The notes under the pieces were generated by a model. It made no database searches and had not been told where the DNA came from. It saw only the letters and a program-made list of their open reading frames with translations. From contig CAZVMN010000007.1 of assembly GCA_964629015.1 (NCBI GenBank), positions 86,590 to 150,589 on the forward strand: 64,000 nucleotides of DNA, given 5' to 3'. Made by a program: the position numbers and the translations under genes. Shown piece by piece: positions 29,321 through 37,986 of the stretch (position 1 is its first letter; every line of letters begins with the position of its first letter). Origin of the DNA: an uncultured Oceanococcus sp. (GTDB taxonomy: Bacteria > Pseudomonadota > Gammaproteobacteria > Nevskiales > Oceanococcaceae).

Positions 29321-30292
29321 CTACCAGTAGGGCGGTGGAGCTTCCAGCGGATCGCCGCAGGCTGAGCATTCGGCCTTGCGCTTGTAAGCGTTGTTTTTCT
29401 TGCCGCAGGTGGTGCAAGCAATCATGACCGGCTTGGCCCGGACCAGCTGATAGACGCGCGAATGCGTGCCGTAGGCCAGGCCCTCCTTCATGAAACGTCG
29501 AACCGCCACTTTGTGGTCTTCGTTGGGCAGAAGATTGGCTTCCAACGCGTCCAGATTTTCCCACGCGGACAAAGTAAATCCGGAGGAATTGCCGTCGGCA
29601 TCCGGTGGGCGCGCTCCGATGATGCCGGTGATGAAACCGGGTTTGTCGGCGAAACTTTCCAGCACCCTGTTTGTGACCTCGGCCGCCTGATCAAACGGCT
29701 CCTGACCGCCGCGCACCTGCAACCACGTTATGCCGATGGCTTCCGGCGGTGCGACGTTGCCACGATTCAGACGATAGTAAGCGCCAAATTGATAGTCGCC
29801 CTGCTCCCTGGGCATCAGCAATGCCATAAAACCCAGCTGCTCGGCCAGAATGTCCAGCCCGAAATGGTTGTCGATGGTGACCAGCCCATCGCGCCCGAAA
29901 CGCACGCTCATGGTGGCGTCGAGCGACAGTTCACGATGAGTCGGAGCCACCGCCTCAATGCCCAATCCACCCGGCAACGGGCCGTCGTGCTGTCCACGCA
30001 AGCGATACCCTGCAACCAGACAGCCATCACCCACCGAAAGTGGCCCGGACAGCTCGAAACTCAGATCGGGAAATGCGGTGATCAAAGCCTGTACATGACT
30101 TTTCAACGCATCGCCAGTGAGCGTGCCCGGACACAGAGGATCGCGATAGCGGCCTGCGCCGATCAGGTCCACAACCGCTTGGACGTCGTGCGCATTCCAG
30201 GCATCGAGAAAGCGCCGTGCAAAGCTCAACATACGCGGCGACTGGACGAACAAGCCTTTGAACAGGCCAGCGAGAATGGCCAACGGACTCAT
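29321..30292 (-). CDS. hypothetical three-module protein: SnoaL-like (NTF2 fold), ABM/Dabb-like module, C-terminal CxxC...CxxC zinc ribbon
   Basis: FLDAWNAHDVQAVVDLI...FPDLSFE resembles SnoaL-type ester cyclases. The central region looks like an antibiotic-biosynthesis-monooxygenase-type fold. The C-terminus is CTTCGKKNNAYKRKAECSACG. Start trimmed to MSPLAIL, which forms an ATGA overlap with the upstream membrane-protein gene. Confidence 0.5.
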   Translation of the reverse strand: MSPLAILAGLFKGLFVQSPRMLSFARRFLDAWNAHDVQAVVDLIGAGRYRDPLCPGTLTGDALKSHVQALITAFPDLSFELSGPLSVGDGCLVAGYRLRGQHDGPLPGGLGIEAVAPTHRELSLDATMSVRFGRDGLVTIDNHFGLDILAEQLGFMALLMPREQGDYQFGAYYRLNRGNVAPPEAIGITWLQVRGGQEPFDQAAEVTNRVLESFADKPGFITGIIGARPPDADGNSSGFTLSAWENLDALEANLLPNEDHKVAVRRFMKEGLAYGTHSRVYQLVRAKPVMIACTTCGKKNNAYKRKAECSACGDPLEAPPPYW

Positions 30293-30777
30293 GCTGAGAC
30301 CTCCTGTTTGACCGCTCGGGCACCCCGCCACAACAACCACGCTTGTGCAAAAGCCGTCGGCACCGCGATCAAAAACAACAGGTAATTCAGAGCGTTACTC
30401 CAGGAGCCGCCGAACTCCAAGCCACGCACGCCAAACAATGCGCCGACCAAAAAGCCCAAACTGTTCGACCAACCGGTGATGCATACGCAGATGATGTACC
30501 AGCGGCGCGCGCCCTGCGTCAGTCGGATACTCGCGCCGGCGGCTGCGAACGCAATCATGGCCAGAGCGTTAATCAACAGCCCCAGGTGTGTGCGGCGCCA
30601 CGCAGCCTCGGTACCGGGCATGTCAATATCCAGCGCCGGAATCAAAGGCCAGGCCGCCACGTGACCAATCGCTTTGAACGTGAATACCAGTCCAATCACC
30701 AGACCCAGGCCAAACAACCAGGCCGCAGGCCCCAGGATGCGAGCCCGCTCCTGAGCACTGAGATACTCTGCTGTCAT
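30289..30777 (-). CDS. small 4-TM membrane protein, styrene-oxide-isomerase (StyC)-like, paralog 1
   Basis: 162 aa. Motifs PGTEAAWRRTHLGLLINA, ITGWSN and VRGLEFGG match my recollection of StyC (PGSxxGWARAHSGxxLNG, DGWSN, NRGLSFG). Paralogous to the 31508..32005 product. Confidence 0.5.
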   Translation of the reverse strand: MTAEYLSAQERARILGPAAWLFGLGLVIGLVFTFKAIGHVAAWPLIPALDIDMPGTEAAWRRTHLGLLINALAMIAFAAAGASIRLTQGARRWYIICVCITGWSNSLGFLVGALFGVRGLEFGGSWSNALNYLLFLIAVPTAFAQAWLLWRGARAVKQEVSA

Positions 30778-30825
30778 CGCCTCTCCTTCCTCTTGTTCGT
30801 GTGTTTTTGACCGCGCGGAACAAAG

Positions 30826-30855
30826 ATTGACACCGTCAATTTAACACTGTCAAAT
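30826..30855. promoter_or_regulatory. two adjacent TTGAC-N3-GTCAA-type palindromes (candidate TetR operators) in the divergent promoter region
   Basis: attgacACCgtcaat is directly followed by tttaacACTgtcaaa. They lie between the divergently transcribed membrane-protein gene and the TetR gene and end about 6 nt before the TetR ATG. Confidence 0.45.
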
Positions 30856-30861
30856 ATATCC

Positions 30862-31482
30862 ATGCCTCGACAAACCCTGAGTGATTCGCAAGTTGAGCAA
30901 CGCCGCGGCGAGATTCTTGATGCCGCCATGCAGCTGTTCGAAGACCACGGCCTTGAGGCGGTGAGTTTTCGTAAGATTGCTGCGCTGTTGGGGTGCAGCT
31001 ACTCCACGCCCTATCGCTACTTCCCGAGCAAAGACGCTCTGCTCACCGCCATGCGGGCGCAAGCGTTTCGCTGGATCGAACAGTCCATGCTCGAAGCCAC
31101 GCGCGAAGAGAGCGACCCGCTGCGTCGCCTCAATGTCCTGGCCGAAGCCTTCATTCGAGCGGGCATCAATCGACCCAAGCGCTATGCCCTGATGTTCTTT
31201 CGCCTGCCCGAACCGGAAACCGGTCCCCATCTGGAAGAACTGACCGCGGCCAAGTTCGATGCGCTGAATGTGTGCACACAAGCGGTCACCGCGGCCCATG
31301 ACAGCGGCGTCCTGCATCTGGAGACCGATCCGCTCACCGCCAGCCATCTGTTCTGGACCGGCGCCCACGGTCTGGTCTCGCTGGAAGTCGCCGGTCAGTT
31401 CGTGATGGGGCGCCGTCTGGATGAACTTCTGCCGGAAATGATCAAAACGCTGCTTCGGGGGCTGGAAGCCAAGCGCGCCTGA
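30862..31482 (+). CDS. TetR/AcrR family transcriptional regulator
   Basis: N-terminal HTH (ILDAAMQLFEDHGLEAVSFRKIAALLGCSYSTPYRYFPSKDALL), 206 aa. Confidence 0.88.
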   Translation: MPRQTLSDSQVEQRRGEILDAAMQLFEDHGLEAVSFRKIAALLGCSYSTPYRYFPSKDALLTAMRAQAFRWIEQSMLEATREESDPLRRLNVLAEAFIRAGINRPKRYALMFFRLPEPETGPHLEELTAAKFDALNVCTQAVTAAHDSGVLHLETDPLTASHLFWTGAHGLVSLEVAGQFVMGRRLDELLPEMIKTLLRGLEAKRA

Positions 31483-31507
31483 GCCCACCATCCCGCATCT
31501 CTCCGCC

Positions 31508-32005
31508 GTGCCACTTCAGGAGTTACCCATGAACGCTGAACTCGACATCATCAAGCGCCGTTTGGTCGGCCATGGCGCCCTGCTGATTTTTCTCGGCGGC
31601 GTCTTGGGATTCGGCTTCCTGTTCTTTTTGATGGAACGCATTGCGCTGTGGCCGTTTCCCTTCAGCGTCGACATTCAACTGCCCGGCACTTACGACGCTT
31701 GGCGCATGGCCCACATGGAAGGCATCGTCAATGGTTTCGGGCTCTGGATAGCCGCCGCCGTTCTGCCGATTTTCCCTTTCGGCATCAAAGGCTTGAATCG
31801 TATCGCCTGGGGTCTGATCTCGGTGGGCTGGACCATCGTTATCGCCTCGGCCATGGACCCACTGTTTCCCGACAGTCGAGGCCTGGAGTTTGGCAGCCCA
31901 GCCACCAACCAAGTCGCGTTCTTCCTGTTCTATTGGGGCGTTGTGCTGGTGATGATCATCATGGGCGTGATCGCCTGGCGCTGCCTCGCCCCGACCAAAC
32001 GCTAG
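31508..32005 (+). CDS. small 4-TM membrane protein, styrene-oxide-isomerase (StyC)-like, paralog 2
   Basis: 165 aa. VGHGALLIF, LPGTYDAWRMAHMEGIVNG and SRGLEFGS resemble StyC motifs. Downstream of and probably co-transcribed with the TetR gene. Confidence 0.55.
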   Translation: MPLQELPMNAELDIIKRRLVGHGALLIFLGGVLGFGFLFFLMERIALWPFPFSVDIQLPGTYDAWRMAHMEGIVNGFGLWIAAAVLPIFPFGIKGLNRIAWGLISVGWTIVIASAMDPLFPDSRGLEFGSPATNQVAFFLFYWGVVLVMIIMGVIAWRCLAPTKR

Positions 32006-32170
32006 CGCGGATACACCAGGCAAAACGCCACCGTTGTTCCCAATCACCGCGTGGACGGGCACAATACGCTTGCGGATGGCGATAGATATTTTTAGCCAAA
32101 CACGCACCTGACGAGCCGATTCCTACGATTTCAAAATAACGGCCGCGGGGGTGCACTGAGGAGACACAAC

Positions 32171-34486
32171 ATGGTGATTGGGCGACGCGCAGCAGCGCTG
32201 GCAGTGCTGTGGGCAGGCGCAATGCTTGCAGGATGCGGGCAAGGGGGTCGTGATGCGACCACCGCCACAAACAGGGACGATGCGGCAGCGCCGATCATCG
32301 AAGTCCTTTCCAACCGCGCTGACTTGATCAGCGGTGATGACGCTCTGATCAGCGTTCGCACTCAGGATGGCTCGCCGCTGCAAACGGCCAACGTCAGCCT
32401 CAACGGCAGCGACGTCAGCGCACTCTTCCATCCCATGCCCGACGGCTCGCTGATGGGCCGGATCGAAGGGCTGGAACTCGGCGAGAACACGCTCAGCGCA
32501 CGTGCTGGTGGTGGACAAGCGCAGAGCCAGATCTACAACTATCCGAATCAGGGGCCCATCTTTTCGCGCCCGGAGATCAAGCGCTTTCGCTGCCAGGACA
32601 GCGCCACCGACATTCACTGCAACCAGCCGGCCGAGTACACCTACCTCTACCGCCCCACTGCATTTGTCGACAATCTGGATGTGGTCACCGACATCGTGCC
32701 GATTGCCGAGTTGGGCACCGAGCTTCTGCCCTACGACCCGCAGAATCCGCCCGACGATGTGGCCATGACAACCACGCAAAACGGCCAAACCGTGCCGTTT
32801 ATCGTGCGCCTGGAACGTGGCTATCAGGATCGCGATGAATACAAGATTCTGACCCTATTCAACCCCGATGAACCCTGGGAACCTTGGGCGCCGCAGCCGC
32901 AATGGAACGGCAAAATGCTGATCACCCACGGCGGCAACTGTGGCGCCAAGTACCGCCCGGGCAGCGCCCCGCTGGATGACTATTCCGGCACCTTTGGCGA
33001 CTTGCCCCTGCTTGAACCCAGCTACATCTATGCGCTCGGCCAAGGTTACGCGGTGCTGTCGACCGCGCTGGCCAACACCGGACATAACTGCGACGTCGCG
33101 CTGAATGCCGAATCGATCATGATGGCCAAGGAGCGCTTTGTTGAGCAGTACGGTCCGCTGCGCTACACCATTGGCACAGGCTGCTCGGGTGGTTCGATTG
33201 CCCAACTGACCATCGCCAATGCATACCCCGGCCTGTACCAGGGTCTGCTGGTCATGTGCGCCTACCCGGATTCCTTGTCCGCCGGCTTGCAGTTCGCCGA
33301 TTTGCATCTCATGCGCAAATACTTTGAAGCACCGGCGCGCTGGGCACCCGGCGTGATCTGGAATCCATTGTTGTGGGGGCCAGTGGAAGGCCATCTGACT
33401 CATCTCAATGCCATCGTGGCTGACGAGGGCCTGTTCAAAGCGGCCACACAGACCACCGGCGACTGTTTTGGCGAAAACACTTACGATCCCGAAACCAACC
33501 CAACCGGGCAACGCTGCGGCATTCTCGAATGGATTCCGCACATCCTCGGTCAACGGTCACCCGAGGTCTGGTCGGAGATCGAAAAGCAGGTCGGTTACGG
33601 CTTCACCGGCATCCCGCTGGGCAATACCGGGGTTCAATACGGTCTCAACGCGCTGCGTGCCGGCTTGATCACACCGGCCATGTTTGTCGATCTGAACGTC
33701 AAAATCGGCGGTCTGGACATCGACATGCAGCCGCAGGAAGCGCGCACCCGCGCCGACAATCCTGCCGTCGGCAATGCTTATCGCAGTGGCATGATCAATA
33801 TGACCAACAACCTGGATACGGTGCCGATCCTGAATTTCGTCGGCCCCGATCCGGGCATCGCCCATGATGCACTGCACGCCTGGTGGATCCGTTGGCGCAT
33901 CGAACGCGAACACGGCAGCGCGCGCAATCACGTGATGTGGGCCGGCCCGGTGCCGCTGCTCGGCGATCTGTCCTACGTTTACAAAGGTCTGGACGCGATG
34001 GATCGCTGGCTGTCGAATATTGAAGCTGACCTGAGCGACACACCGTTGCCGGACAAAATCTCGCGCAACCGACCTGGCGACATCCAGGACCAATGCGCCC
34101 TGGCGGCCGGCCAACCGATCCTCGGCGAGGTCTGTGTGGATTTGCTGCGACCGCTTTACGCCTATGGCACACCGCGCACCGTCGCAGGCGACACCGAAAC
34201 GGCTGACAATTTTGATTGCCAGCTCAAGCCCATGGATCGCAATGACGACTATGGTCCTGTGCCGTTCACCGATGCTCAGTGGGAACAGCTGCAAAGCGTC
34301 TTCCCGGACGGTGTGTGCGACTACCGCGCACCGGGCAAGAACAAGCAGAAAACGGTGTCATGGCTGAGCTATGTGGATCGCAGCGGCCGTATGGTCGTCG
34401 GCGGCGAACCGCTACCCGCCCCGCCACCAAACTCCGCGACCGGCACGCAGTCTGCTGCGTTCAACTATCCGGTTCGCGACCGCTGA
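32171..34486 (+). CDS. large lipoprotein, putative tannase/feruloyl-esterase-like serine hydrolase (DUF6351-like)
   Basis: Lipobox MLAGC. The GTGCSGGS motif resembles the GCSxGG nucleophile motif of tannase-family esterases. 771 aa. Family assignment is tentative. Confidence 0.45.
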   Translation: MVIGRRAAALAVLWAGAMLAGCGQGGRDATTATNRDDAAAPIIEVLSNRADLISGDDALISVRTQDGSPLQTANVSLNGSDVSALFHPMPDGSLMGRIEGLELGENTLSARAGGGQAQSQIYNYPNQGPIFSRPEIKRFRCQDSATDIHCNQPAEYTYLYRPTAFVDNLDVVTDIVPIAELGTELLPYDPQNPPDDVAMTTTQNGQTVPFIVRLERGYQDRDEYKILTLFNPDEPWEPWAPQPQWNGKMLITHGGNCGAKYRPGSAPLDDYSGTFGDLPLLEPSYIYALGQGYAVLSTALANTGHNCDVALNAESIMMAKERFVEQYGPLRYTIGTGCSGGSIAQLTIANAYPGLYQGLLVMCAYPDSLSAGLQFADLHLMRKYFEAPARWAPGVIWNPLLWGPVEGHLTHLNAIVADEGLFKAATQTTGDCFGENTYDPETNPTGQRCGILEWIPHILGQRSPEVWSEIEKQVGYGFTGIPLGNTGVQYGLNALRAGLITPAMFVDLNVKIGGLDIDMQPQEARTRADNPAVGNAYRSGMINMTNNLDTVPILNFVGPDPGIAHDALHAWWIRWRIEREHGSARNHVMWAGPVPLLGDLSYVYKGLDAMDRWLSNIEADLSDTPLPDKISRNRPGDIQDQCALAAGQPILGEVCVDLLRPLYAYGTPRTVAGDTETADNFDCQLKPMDRNDDYGPVPFTDAQWEQLQSVFPDGVCDYRAPGKNKQKTVSWLSYVDRSGRMVVGGEPLPAPPPNSATGTQSAAFNYPVRDR

Positions 34487-34493
34487 TAAACAA

Positions 34494-34521
34494 GGGCCGC
34501 GTTGCGCAAGTAACGCGGCCC
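34494..34521. terminator. bidirectional hairpin between convergent genes
   Basis: gggccgcgtt-gcgcaagt-aacgcggccc. It lies between the stop of the 771-aa lipoprotein gene and the stop of the AEC transporter gene. Confidence 0.55.
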
Positions 34522-35420
34522 TAACCCAGCATTAAGTGCCAGGCCGGCACACTCAGCAGCGACAGCAAGATGCCAAAGGCCAGAACAGCATTGGCCAGAG
34601 GCGGATCCAAGTGGTGTTGATCAGCCAGAATCGCGGCGGAGATCATCGGCGCCATGGCCGATTCCAACACGCCAACATGCAAAATTTGCCCGGCTGAACC
34701 TGCCCCCACACCGATACCCAGCACCACCAGTGGTGCCATGAGCAACTTCCACGACAGGCCCAAAACAACAGGCCAGGCCTGATCCCGGGTGATGCGGGGA
34801 CGAAAACGCAAACCCACAGAAAACAATGCCAGCGGTGTCAGGGTCTGACCAATCGGTTGCAGAACGCCATCAATCGCTGGCGGCCAGCCACCCAGAACGC
34901 CAATGAGCAAAGCCGCAACCAGCGCCACAAACGGCGGGAACCGCACCACACGGGTGCTGATTTCTTTGAGATTGGCCGGTTTCCCGGAGTAGGTCGCGGC
35001 GACCACAGCGCCGCCCACAGCGAGCGCCACGAAGCAACCCAACTGATCGGCAATCACCGCCAGCGCCAATGCCTCCTGTCCGCGCAGCGCATCGATCATC
35101 GGGTAACCCATGAATGAGGTGTTGCCCAACCCGCAAACCAGGACCAGCGCACCAATCCGTGCCCGGCTCCAGTCCAGTTGCCGCCCCAAAGTGGCAAACA
35201 GCAGCCATGCCCCGCCAAACACCACCCACTGCGAGGCCACCAGAAACCACAAACTCAAATCCAGATGGATGCGCGGCACCAGATAGAGCACCAGGGCCGG
35301 CAGCGCGATGTTGATGACCCACCAGTTGAGCATCTGCGCCAGCCCGATGGGCGGTTGCGCAAAACGCGCCACACCCGCGCCCAGCGCCAGGCAGGTCAAC
35401 AGCAGCCAGAATGCATCCAT
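34521..35420 (-). CDS. AEC (auxin efflux carrier) family transporter
   Basis: 299 aa, about 10 TM segments, with a sequence style typical of AEC/MdcF-like permeases. Confidence 0.78.
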   Translation of the reverse strand: MDAFWLLLTCLALGAGVARFAQPPIGLAQMLNWWVINIALPALVLYLVPRIHLDLSLWFLVASQWVVFGGAWLLFATLGRQLDWSRARIGALVLVCGLGNTSFMGYPMIDALRGQEALALAVIADQLGCFVALAVGGAVVAATYSGKPANLKEISTRVVRFPPFVALVAALLIGVLGGWPPAIDGVLQPIGQTLTPLALFSVGLRFRPRITRDQAWPVVLGLSWKLLMAPLVVLGIGVGAGSAGQILHVGVLESAMAPMISAAILADQHHLDPPLANAVLAFGILLSLLSVPAWHLMLG

Positions 35421-35489
35421 GAACTCACAGCGTTACAAATCAAGCCGGATATGATGAGGCTTCCGATTGCAGGCCCACAAGCGCTGCGC

Positions 35490-36134
35490 TCATTCGTTGC
35501 GCGGCAGACTGTCTCTTTGTTCACGGGCAAAGCGCAGCAAGGCGTTGCTGCCGCGCAGATCGAGCTTGCGCAGAATGTGCGCGCGATGATTGTCCACCGT
35601 GCGGACGCTGATGTTGAGCAACTCGGCAATTTCGCGACTGCTGCGGTAATCCGCCACCAGCTCGAGCACACGTTGCTCCGCCGCGGTAAGCACCGCCAGT
35701 GGATTGCTGGCTCGCGGCGAACCCAGATCATCCAGCTTCCAAGTGATGCCGGAGCCGACATAGCGCTGGCCATCGATCACCGCACGCAGGCAGCGTTCCA
35801 ATTCCTCCTCCGCCTGTTCCTTGAGCAAGTAACCCCGCGCGCCCAGGCGGAACGCGCGATTAAAGTAGGCGCGCTCATCATGCATGGTCAAAATCACACA
35901 ATGGGGCGCGTCGGGCCAGCGCTGGGTCTGCTCCAGAACGCTCAGCCCGTCCATCTGCGGCATGCTCACATCGAGTAAAGCCAGATGTGGACGGTGCTCG
36001 CGGATCAGGCGCAGCGCCAGCTGCCCATCACTCGCTTCTGCCACCACTTGAAACGCCTCACTGGCGCTCAGAATTTCACGCAAACCGCGCAGGAAAATCG
36101 GGTGATCGTCGGCAATGAGCACGCTCTTATTCAT
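35490..36134 (-). CDS. NarL/FixJ (LuxR-type) response regulator
   Basis: REC domain (VLIADDHP, LALLDVSMP) plus a C-terminal LuxR HTH (LTAAEQRVLELVADYRSSREIAELLNISVRTVDNHR). Confidence 0.9.
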   Translation of the reverse strand: MNKSVLIADDHPIFLRGLREILSASEAFQVVAEASDGQLALRLIREHRPHLALLDVSMPQMDGLSVLEQTQRWPDAPHCVILTMHDERAYFNRAFRLGARGYLLKEQAEEELERCLRAVIDGQRYVGSGITWKLDDLGSPRASNPLAVLTAAEQRVLELVADYRSSREIAELLNISVRTVDNHRAHILRKLDLRGSNALLRFAREQRDSLPRNE

Positions 36135-37906
36135 ACGAGCGGCACCTCCATAATCACCTGTGTGCCACCCTGCTCCGCGGCACGGATATGCAAGCGCCCA
36201 TTCACACGCAGGGCGCGATCATGCATACCGGGAATGCCCTGACCACCAGACACGCTGTCCTCAGCGACAAGGCCTTGACCATCATCCGCAACAAGCAGAC
36301 GCAAGGTGGTCTGATCCACACTCAAGGCCAGATGCACATGTTGCGCTTTGGCGTGTCGCAACACGTTGCTGATCGCTTCCTGAGCCACACGAAACACCTG
36401 AAGCGCATCGCGTTGACTCAGTTCGACATCCTGCACATCGTGCGACCAGCTCAGCTGCGCCGGTTCGCAAGCCGCCTCCAGCATCGCCTGCAAGGCTTCA
36501 GGCAGTCCCACACGATCCAGTTGCACGGGATACATATTGGCCGACACGCGGCGGGTCTCACGGATGGCGTCACGCACGTCGTCTTCCAATCCGTCAGCGG
36601 CATCGCGGGGCACGCGGCGAGATTTCAGCAGAATGGTCAACAGGCGCTGGCCCAGCCCATCGTGCAACTCCTGAGCAATCCGTCGGCGCTCGGCATCTTG
36701 GACATCCAGCAAAGCCTGAGCCCCACGTTCGCGCTGCTGGGCCAGAGCCTGCGTGGCACGCTCTTTCTCAAGATTGAGCAGATTGATGCGGTCAGCCAAG
36801 GCGAAAGACAGCAACATCGCTTCGGCCATCGTGCCCAGCTGGTAGGCGTGCTCGGTCAACCACGTGGCGGGCACCGCGCCCGCCGTTCTCAGGCACAGCA
36901 AAACCGCACCCGGCATGAACGCGCAGTAGCCCAGCAGCATAAAACGCGCTTGTCGTTCACCTGCTTGCAGCACCCGGATCAACGTCCAGGGGAATAACAC
37001 ACTGCACACGACGACCATGCCAAGAAGCGTCAGCAGGGCAACGCGGTATTCGATCAACGCGATCAACGCAGATAGCGCGGCCAACCCTGCAACCCCGAGC
37101 AGAACCTTGTGCAGCCCGGGGACCCAGCGCTGGGCTCGCGACATGTCGGCGACAAAAGCGGCGCCAAAGCCCAGAGTTGCCGCCAACCCCAGCATTGTTG
37201 AGGCATGGGCGAACCAATTGGTGTGCGGCCACAGCAACCACTGGCCGTGCCCGCTGTAGGCCATCTGAAACAACAACAAACCGAGCAGATAGAGCACGTA
37301 ATTGCGATACGCGCGATCACGAAATGCCAGCCACAAAAACGCGTTGTACATCGCCAGCGCGAACAACACGGAGTAATAAAAACCGTAGGCCAATTGGTTG
37401 CGCGCATCCTGACGCCAGAACGCGCGCTCATCCCACAACTGCAGCGGCACGTTGACCGAGCCGCTTGATGCGACACGCAAATATGCCGGCCCAGCATGTC
37501 CAGGTTCTATCGCGAAGATCGGTTGCGGATGGGCAATCTCGCGATCCGACATCGGCGTGAGATCGCCCGCTGCGGTTTGCTGCCAATGGCCCTGCGCGTC
37601 CTGTCGAAAGAGCGCGAGATGATCATTCTGCGAATACGGCACGACCAGCAAACGCGCCGTGGATTCGGCCGCAAAATCAATCCGTATCCACCAGACGGAA
37701 TCGCTAAAACCCGCGTTCAGGCCGTTTTCGCCGGGCTCAGAGGCAGATGGCCGAGCATCCAGCTGTTCGGCCACCTGCTCGATCGACATTCCACCCGATA
37801 CGTCCTCCACCAGGGCGTAGTCGGGCGTCAGCCACGCTGCTGCGAGCATACCGAGCCCGAAAACCGCAAAGTCCACACCACCCCCGATCGCGCTGGCGCA
37901 CGCCAA
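36131..37906 (-). CDS. 7TMR-DISM sensor histidine kinase (DISMED2 + 7TM + HisKA_3 + HATPase)
   Basis: N-terminal extracytoplasmic region (SVWWIRIDF, LQLWDERAFW) and seven TM helices. H-box ELHDGLGQ. ATPase region has NVLRHA and DDGQG. 4-nt overlap with the response regulator gene. Confidence 0.85.
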   Translation of the reverse strand: MACASAIGGGVDFAVFGLGMLAAAWLTPDYALVEDVSGGMSIEQVAEQLDARPSASEPGENGLNAGFSDSVWWIRIDFAAESTARLLVVPYSQNDHLALFRQDAQGHWQQTAAGDLTPMSDREIAHPQPIFAIEPGHAGPAYLRVASSGSVNVPLQLWDERAFWRQDARNQLAYGFYYSVLFALAMYNAFLWLAFRDRAYRNYVLYLLGLLLFQMAYSGHGQWLLWPHTNWFAHASTMLGLAATLGFGAAFVADMSRAQRWVPGLHKVLLGVAGLAALSALIALIEYRVALLTLLGMVVVCSVLFPWTLIRVLQAGERQARFMLLGYCAFMPGAVLLCLRTAGAVPATWLTEHAYQLGTMAEAMLLSFALADRINLLNLEKERATQALAQQRERGAQALLDVQDAERRRIAQELHDGLGQRLLTILLKSRRVPRDAADGLEDDVRDAIRETRRVSANMYPVQLDRVGLPEALQAMLEAACEPAQLSWSHDVQDVELSQRDALQVFRVAQEAISNVLRHAKAQHVHLALSVDQTTLRLLVADDGQGLVAEDSVSGGQGIPGMHDRALRVNGRLHIRAAEQGGTQVIMEVPLV

Positions 37907-37986
37907 GCCGTGTCATTCACTCACACCCCACAACCATCGATAATGAACCAGGTGGCCGGCAAGATCATCTTGGCCGGGTGCAGTTG

